DNA of 64,000 nucleotides from Thermoplasmatota archaeon (GTDB lineage Archaea; Thermoplasmatota; JAKEGO01): NCBI GenBank assembly GCA_028279595.1, contig JANQNK010000001.1, positions 32,001 to 96,000 of the forward strand, read 5' to 3'. Shown piece by piece: positions 58,229 to 64,000 of this stretch (position 1 is its first letter; each line of letters starts with the position of its first letter). The notes under the pieces were generated by a model. It saw only the letters and a program-made list of their open reading frames with translations, ran no database searches and was not told where the DNA came from. The position numbers and the translations under genes were made by a program.

Positions 58229-58303
58229 TGGGTTTTTTCAATTCTCTGTTTATAAAGGTAGTGTGGTTATTTGCACCCGACCTTTCTTTTCAAGTAGTAC
58301 GAT

Positions 58304-59434
58304 TTATGGTCTTTGCCCGACTGCAGTTAGTGAGAGAGACGTGGTGCTAACACTTACTGTGTGATCATTCAATGAGCATTCGCCGCTGATATCAGCACCA
58401 TATGCATAGGAAACCAGATCCCCCACCTCACCAAATGATATACTTGCTACTCTAGATACACAGAAGGTGCAACTAGCAATCACTCCTTGATAATCAAGTG
58501 TGTATGTTGCACAACCTTCGATTGTTATTGACGTACAGGTTATAGTAAAGCATACATCAAGATTTATCGTATGACAGAATGTGCCAATCCTAATGGTTTT
58601 CTCTTCCCAAACAATATTCCACGGGATTTTAACTCGTCGACCGAGTATCTTTACTCGCTTGTAAATTACCTTAGGTACAGATATTTTTATTTTGATATCA
58701 ACACAGAATTGGATTTCCATGGGAATACATTCAGAAATCGGATCCCCGCACAATGAATCTTCTAGATCGTTGACGTAATTCTCAACCCGATTCCCCAAGG
58801 AAGATCCATTTACTAGTACTTCCCCATAATGTTTCCTGGGGTTTGTTACTGCAATATTAACCACTTCTCCAGATTCAATCAAACTGGAAATCAGCCTATG
58901 GTTTGCTTTGGATTTAATTAATTCTGTCGACAGTCCATTGAGATTGGCTTCAGAAATTCTCAATCCCCCAGTCTTTAAGATATTCTGGAACTTAACTACG
59001 GTGGTTTTCCATTCTTTATTCAATTGGGAGATGCCTTGACGAGACCGTATCTTTTTCCTTCCATCCTGGAAAATGGTCTTAACTTCGTTATATCGGTAGA
59101 TAACAAATGCAGTATGAAGAATGTTCATGTATTCTTCAGGAGTAATCCCCATTTTTACAAATTGAGCAATTGTCTGCTTGCTATTGTAAATTGATCGAAT
59201 TTTCTCTAGATCTTTTACAGTAAACCTCACATTTTTTATTGAGATTTTTTTATTCCTACCAACCTTAAGATCCTTCTCGGATGATGCCCACATTTGTGCG
59301 TCGTTATATACTTTATTAAGTGAAGGAGAAGCGATAATCGGAGCACGAGTAGATATTCGCCCTCGATTTACAAAGGATGGAAGATTCCTGACATCTCTAC
59401 AATTCAATCTCGGCAATCGCGTTAATACTGGCAT
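58304..59434 (-). CDS. Hypothetical protein with Cys-rich beta C-terminal domain
   Basis: 376-aa ORF with a GAGGTGA SD; 10 Cys in the last ~150 aa. Confidence 0.7.
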   Translation of the reverse strand: MPVLTRLPRLNCRDVRNLPSFVNRGRISTRAPIIASPSLNKVYNDAQMWASSEKDLKVGRNKKISIKNVRFTVKDLEKIRSIYNSKQTIAQFVKMGITPEEYMNILHTAFVIYRYNEVKTIFQDGRKKIRSRQGISQLNKEWKTTVVKFQNILKTGGLRISEANLNGLSTELIKSKANHRLISSLIESGEVVNIAVTNPRKHYGEVLVNGSSLGNRVENYVNDLEDSLCGDPISECIPMEIQFCVDIKIKISVPKVIYKRVKILGRRVKIPWNIVWEEKTIRIGTFCHTINLDVCFTITCTSITIEGCATYTLDYQGVIASCTFCVSRVASISFGEVGDLVSYAYGADISGECSLNDHTVSVSTTSLSLTAVGQRP

Positions 59435-59567
59435 TTGGTCACCTCATTTAATAATAAAGAGTTATTTACTTAAAGGTTATCCATTAGATTATAACTCGGT
59501 TCATTACTTCAATCCATTATTATTTAGGTGCAAAATGTGATAGAAATCAAGAGAATACTCGCTCTAC

Positions 59568-59783
59568 TTACCAATGAGCTTCCCGAATCTTCTTGACTTC
59601 CTTATAGATCATAATGACACCGAATCCAACAATGAACATGAACCATAGACATAGGACCGTCCCAACAATTCCATATGCCAGGTAACATGCAAAGATCAGA
59701 ATGACGTTCGCCAATATGAGAATGTGATTCTTCCATCGGACCAGCGATGGATGTGGTCCACCGAGCTTGTCGAGACCGAACAT
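59568..59783 (-). CDS. Small 2-TM membrane protein
   Basis: Two hydrophobic helices and a basic tail. Confidence 0.5.
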   Translation of the reverse strand: MFGLDKLGGPHPSLVRWKNHILILANVILIFACYLAYGIVGTVLCLWFMFIVGFGVIMIYKEVKKIREAHW

Positions 59784-59880
59784 CTAATTGAAAACAGGTG
59801 AACCGTAGTTAAGACTTCACAACCAATTCAATTCCCTTCAATACATACACTTAAGAACTAGTACCGTCACGAGGGCCTCC

Positions 59881-61410
59881 ATGGACCTGAGTTCTTTCAA
59901 GTTCAACCCCCGTATTGCGGAGGGTATTCGCAGACAAGGTTACACGGAGGCCACTCCCATTCAGGAGAAGGCCATTCCCCATGTGCTCGAAGGCAACGAC
60001 GTTCTCTGTCTCGCTCAGACAGGTACTGGCAAGACAGCGGTCTTCGTCCTGCCGATCCTCGAGCATCTTCTCAAGAAGAGACCTGGGCCGGTTCGCGCCC
60101 TGATCCTTTCACCGACGAGAGAGCTGGCGGAACAGACCAGGGAGTTCTTTACAGCCCTTGGCAGTGCGACCCCCCTCGGATTCACTTCGATATACGGCGG
60201 CACGAACATAAACAAACAGATCAACAGACTGAAGAATGGAGTTGAAGTGGTCGTGGCCTGCCCCGGCAGGCTTCTGGACCACATGAACAGGGGAACGATC
60301 GATCTCTCCGAGGTCGAGATCCTCGTCATCGACGAAGCGGACAGGATGCTTGACATGGGATTCATCCCGGATGTCAGGAAGATAGTGAAGAAGGTTCCGA
60401 GGGATCGTCAGACGCTGCTCTTCTCGGCGACGATGCCAGACGACGTACGACAGCTGGCTCAGGAGGTCCTGTGGGACCCCGTGACCGTCGAGGTCGCTCA
60501 TTCGAAGCCGGCTCACACCGTTGCTCACGCGATCTATCCTGTCGAGCACTATCTCAAAACGTCCCTCCTGAAGGAGATCCTGAAGATGACGGACACTGGT
60601 TCCGTCCTTGTATTTACCCGGACGAAGCACAGGGCTCGACGCGTCGGAAACCAGCTCTCGAGGAGCGGTTACGACGCTGCATCACTTCACGGCGACATGG
60701 GACAGGGAGCGAGGCAGGACACACTGAAGAAGTTCAAGAGTGGCAAGATACAGATACTCGTCGCGACCGACATCGCCGCTAGGGGGATTGACATCTCCAC
60801 CATCTCACACGTCATCAACTACGACATCCCGGACACACCTGACAATTACATCCACAGAATCGGCCGGACCGGCCGCGCGGAACGGACCGGCGACGCCTTC
60901 ACCTTCGTATCCCACGAGGACGAGCGGACGGTCAGGGCCATCGAGGGCGTTCTAGGAGAGGAGATAGAACGCCGTTTCATGGACAAGTTCGATTACAGCG
61001 CTCCCGCACCGCCCGGAAGGCCTCCGCAGCATTACAACAAGGGAGGCTCCCGCCACGGAAAGCAGACCAGTGCCGTCTACAACGACGGGAGACGCTATAC
61101 GGATAGCAGTAGCAGCCAGAAGCGCTACGCCCAGGGAAGGACCGGCCAACACAGGGATGGCTCGGGTCACGGGGGCCATAGGCGCTATCAGAAGAACAAA
61201 TCCGGCGGGCAGCACTCGAACAAGGGTGGTCACGGAGGGTCGAACCGTCATCATCAAGGGTCGTCCGGCGGGCATCACAAGAAGCACGGTGGCAAGGGCG
61301 GTCAGAATCGCCACCATCACAACAAATCCGGTGGGCAGCAGAAGAATCGAAGCGGCCAATACCACCATCACAAGAAGGGCGGAAAGGGGAATCGCAGGCG
61401 TCGGAAGTGA
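59881..61410 (+). CDS. DEAD-box RNA helicase (RhlE-like) with low-complexity C-terminal tail
   Basis: Q motif, AQTGTGKT, PTRELA, DEAD, SAT, ARGID and HRIGRTGR. Confidence 0.97.
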   Translation: MDLSSFKFNPRIAEGIRRQGYTEATPIQEKAIPHVLEGNDVLCLAQTGTGKTAVFVLPILEHLLKKRPGPVRALILSPTRELAEQTREFFTALGSATPLGFTSIYGGTNINKQINRLKNGVEVVVACPGRLLDHMNRGTIDLSEVEILVIDEADRMLDMGFIPDVRKIVKKVPRDRQTLLFSATMPDDVRQLAQEVLWDPVTVEVAHSKPAHTVAHAIYPVEHYLKTSLLKEILKMTDTGSVLVFTRTKHRARRVGNQLSRSGYDAASLHGDMGQGARQDTLKKFKSGKIQILVATDIAARGIDISTISHVINYDIPDTPDNYIHRIGRTGRAERTGDAFTFVSHEDERTVRAIEGVLGEEIERRFMDKFDYSAPAPPGRPPQHYNKGGSRHGKQTSAVYNDGRRYTDSSSSQKRYAQGRTGQHRDGSGHGGHRRYQKNKSGGQHSNKGGHGGSNRHHQGSSGGHHKKHGGKGGQNRHHHNKSGGQQKNRSGQYHHHKKGGKGNRRRRK

Positions 61411-61465
61411 ATCAATTCTCCAATAGTCATATAAGGGTCCTATTCGTAAGAAGGATGGGATCAAA

Positions 61466-62119
61466 ATGAGACTCCGTTCAACAGCGATATATCTCGTAAT
61501 ATCTGTCATTATTCTGAGTGTCATCAGTCCGGTCGTTGATGGAGCCCCTGCTGCTCGGAAACCGATCGTTCTCGAGATCCGGACGGTAAATCATTCGGAC
61601 CAGAGCATTCAGACGAACATTACAGATGCATCCATTCTCCGAGTACTTGGTGAGATAGACAACTACGGCGGTCTCGCATTCACAGAACCGGTCTCTGAAA
61701 GCATCCTGGATATCGACAGCTTCGCTCTCGATCTCGAGTTCATGAACCTCTCGATGTCACATATCAATGGTAGTGCTCGGATAATTCCATTCGATCAGGC
61801 TGAAGTCAGCGGCCTCGTATCGTTGCACCTTAGGATCCACTCGCGGGTCCAGCCTATCGACACGAATGGTGATGCGATCTGGGACACGACCTACATCTAC
61901 ATCACGACCGATGGCAGCCGAGACGATACAGTCCGCAAAGAGGTGAGGTCATACATCGCCGAGCACAATGAGAGGGTTCCAGCAAACATGAAGCTAGATC
62001 TACTCATCCACAGCGAGGATGATGAAGAAGTCCATGATGTGACGCTTATCTTCATTGGTATCGTTGCTGTTGCGCTAATCCTACTGGTCGCAACGCGCCA
62101 TATCGATCGAAAGAAGTAG
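61466..62119 (+). CDS. Hypothetical secreted, C-terminally anchored protein
   Basis: Signal peptide; C-terminal TM helix plus RKK. Confidence 0.7.
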   Translation: MRLRSTAIYLVISVIILSVISPVVDGAPAARKPIVLEIRTVNHSDQSIQTNITDASILRVLGEIDNYGGLAFTEPVSESILDIDSFALDLEFMNLSMSHINGSARIIPFDQAEVSGLVSLHLRIHSRVQPIDTNGDAIWDTTYIYITTDGSRDDTVRKEVRSYIAEHNERVPANMKLDLLIHSEDDEEVHDVTLIFIGIVAVALILLVATRHIDRKK

Positions 62120-62176
62120 CTCACTGTCCAATCTTTACTAGAATTGATATAAACCCCGAGAACAAAGGTGTGTTAA

Positions 62177-62356
62177 TCAAGAGAGTGCAAACTCTCCCGC
62201 CACCGAACGTGAGAGGTCACCCCAAGAAAGCTCTCTTGAGAAGCACAAAACGGGGATCGCGGTCATCGCCAGCCAATTCTTCATGGGCGACATTGGTCCC
62301 TCCGCGGTCCCCACACAATGTGCTGTGGTATTGTCATTCCCCAACGATACCTTTTT
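62177..62356 (+). ncRNA. Candidate structured non-coding RNA with pseudoknot (family not recognised)
   Basis: Upstream TATA (62144-62153), six stems with G-U pairs favouring the + strand, a loop-to-junction pseudoknot, and a T5 tract at the 3' end. Confidence 0.55.
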
Positions 62357-62389
62357 CTCGCTCGCATCTGTATAAGAAACGGGTTGCCC

Positions 62390-62986
62390 ATGAGCAAGTA
62401 CCAGCTGAGACAATGGATAACTGCGAAAAAAGATGCCATTTCAATAGGTCTTTCCCTTCTAGTTCTCATTGGTGCGATCGTTTGGTCGTATTACTATATA
62501 GAAATGAATCGACACGATCAAGACCCTAGCGATCTGGAAGGCACCTGGGAACTTAGCGATGATGGTGATTACGTTCTTAAGTTCGAGGGCAATTTCTACC
62601 AACCACATGGTTTTATTAGCTGGGAATTACGGGATGATCAAGGGCGCCTCGTGAATTGGACGGATCCCTCCGGAGAGATCATCTCAATGAAAGGAATGTT
62701 GAATAAAGTTAATTATACATATCGACATGTTATGCGAGCGGATATCACGTACGGTAACTTTCACTCTAGAACTCCAATGGTGAATCCACACTCAAATCAA
62801 AACCACACATTATGCATCGTTACAATGGATGACGACGACAATACCAACTTCAGCGATGGGGATTCCCTCTGGATTAGATCCATAGCCAACGGGGGTTGCG
62901 CCGACGTCGGATATTCTTTACATCTTCGTAACATTGATGAAAACCTAAACTACAAGACGCTCACAATACCAGATGGCTTAGGATAG
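62390..62986 (+). CDS. Hypothetical membrane-anchored protein
   Basis: N-terminal TM helix; C-terminal DDDDNTNFSDGD Ca-binding-like loop. Confidence 0.65.
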   Translation: MSKYQLRQWITAKKDAISIGLSLLVLIGAIVWSYYYIEMNRHDQDPSDLEGTWELSDDGDYVLKFEGNFYQPHGFISWELRDDQGRLVNWTDPSGEIISMKGMLNKVNYTYRHVMRADITYGNFHSRTPMVNPHSNQNHTLCIVTMDDDDNTNFSDGDSLWIRSIANGGCADVGYSLHLRNIDENLNYKTLTIPDGLG

Positions 62987-64000
62987 GATGTCCCCTAGCC
63001 GCCCCGTGTCCCTCGCCATCTTGATTTCCTGCCCGATCCTCACGCCGGTCGAGAGGTTCGGCTCGATCATCTCGGAATAGGCCGACCCACCGATGAACGG
63101 ATTCGTCCCGGCAACAATTCTAGCAGAGATCTCGAAGACAACGAACTCGAGTTGATCGGTAACAATTGTCTCAAGACAGAACGGACCCCAGAGTCCGCCG
63201 AAGAGCTCGATGGACTTCTCGACGACGTCCTCACCCATCTTGAGCACCTTCGGAAGAAGGCTCTCTCGAATAACGATCGGAACGTTTCCAGTGACGACGA
63301 AGGAAGCATAGATCCCGAGCCGCTTCAGCTCCTCCTGGCTTCCAAGCTTGTACATCTCGTCGATGTTGGTCTCGTCGCGACGGTCCATGGAGAGCATCTG
63401 AAGGGTTCCCTTCGATAACTGGTAACCTTCTTCCTGGATTGGAGAGTAGAAGTAATGGAGATAGTAGCGGGTCCCTGTCACGTATTCCTGGATGTTGTAC
63501 TCCTGGGTCGGGTCCAGACCCTGCTCGAAGTCGTCGTAGTTCTTGGCGATGAAGAAACCCCTGCCACCTTTTGCGCCCTGGTACTTGACCAACACTGGCC
63601 TATCTATCTTGGTGGGGTCCTCGATCAGCGTGGGCATCTTGATCCCAGCTGACTCGAGCCATTCCCGCTGTTTCTTCCTGTCGCTCTCCCATGCCAGCAC
63701 TCCGCGGTTCCCGAAGATGGGAACATCCAGCTCGACGACCTTGTCGGCTCCGAGGTACTCGACGAACGACCCGTGGGGGACGATGACGGAGTTCCTGGCC
63801 AGGAGCTCGTCCTTCAGCCCCATCAGCTCGGCGTAGCTGTCCAGGAGGATGAACTCGTCCGGTTTTCCCAGGGGGAATGCATCGTAGAACTTGGGAGGCC
63901 TGTTGACGGCGATCCCCAGGGTCTTCAACCCTTCCTTCTTCGCACCGTGGAAGATCTGAAGACTTGAGTGAGAACATACTGTGGTAACGGTAACATCGGA
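62978..64000 (-). CDS. purP: Formate-dependent AICAR formyltransferase PurP (or PurP-like paralog); 5'-truncated
   Basis: The frame is open to the window edge (CSHSSLQIFHGAKKEG); PHGSFVEY, GAKGGRG, RESLL and FEISARIVAGTN motifs. Confidence 0.9.
   Translation of the reverse strand, partial: SDVTVTTVCSHSSLQIFHGAKKEGLKTLGIAVNRPPKFYDAFPLGKPDEFILLDSYAELMGLKDELLARNSVIVPHGSFVEYLGADKVVELDVPIFGNRGVLAWESDRKKQREWLESAGIKMPTLIEDPTKIDRPVLVKYQGAKGGRGFFIAKNYDDFEQGLDPTQEYNIQEYVTGTRYYLHYFYSPIQEEGYQLSKGTLQMLSMDRRDETNIDEMYKLGSQEELKRLGIYASFVVTGNVPIVIRESLLPKVLKMGEDVVEKSIELFGGLWGPFCLETIVTDQLEFVVFEISARIVAGTNPFIGGSAYSEMIEPNLSTGVRIGQEIKMARDTGRLGDILS

Noticed and set aside
62181-62210. Glycine-riboswitch-like words (GCAAACTCTC, CACCGAA); also a ZTP riboswitch considered because purP is nearby
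   Set aside because: The glycine motifs are in the wrong order and lack CAGG. The ZTP consensus is absent, and the element lies downstream of purP on the opposite strand.
62170-62529. ORFs of 119, 78 and 62 aa over the structured region
   Set aside because: They have no SD or recognisable composition, and the region is better explained as structured RNA.
1-64000. tRNA, rRNA and IS elements
   Set aside because: No cloverleaf, rRNA-like segment or transposase was recognised by eye. tRNAscan-SE and ISEScan would confirm.

Overview
This is an archaeal chromosomal window, most likely Thermoplasmatota. The support is a long-tailed AglB, a DUF6015-like protein, Trm56, Rnp4, PurP and the RFC small subunit. 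The backbone is GC-rich housekeeping DNA: pycAB, PEPCK, thiolase, purB, gcvPA/PB, tmk, kptA, mtnA, panE, pyrK, a DEAD-box helicase, a four-gene phosphate-uptake cluster and many membrane-anchored Ig/CARDB surface proteins. AT-rich inserts lie at about 25.6-27.0, 46.8-47.5, 48.8-53.3 and 55.6-59.8 kb. I saw no rRNA, tRNA, CRISPR array, transposase or integrase. The best novel-system candidate is 48.8-55.2 kb, where two paralogous wHTH-STAND ATPase-TPR genes bracket a three-gene operon. That operon encodes a 20-aa peptide, a secreted caspase-fold protein lacking both catalytic residues, and a homologous 21-aa peptide (shared motif GKYxxLVxxE[ST]LKE[IL]G). Neither peptide is in the ORF track, and a palindromic operator candidate sits in the divergent promoter. 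Other highlights are a pseudoknotted ~180-nt ncRNA candidate at 62.18-62.36 kb, a dispersed REP-like palindrome family, a gamma-carbonic-anhydrase/SerK-like fusion, and a ~40-bp element shared by the two phosphate-transporter promoters. All family calls come from motif recognition by eye; no database searches were run.
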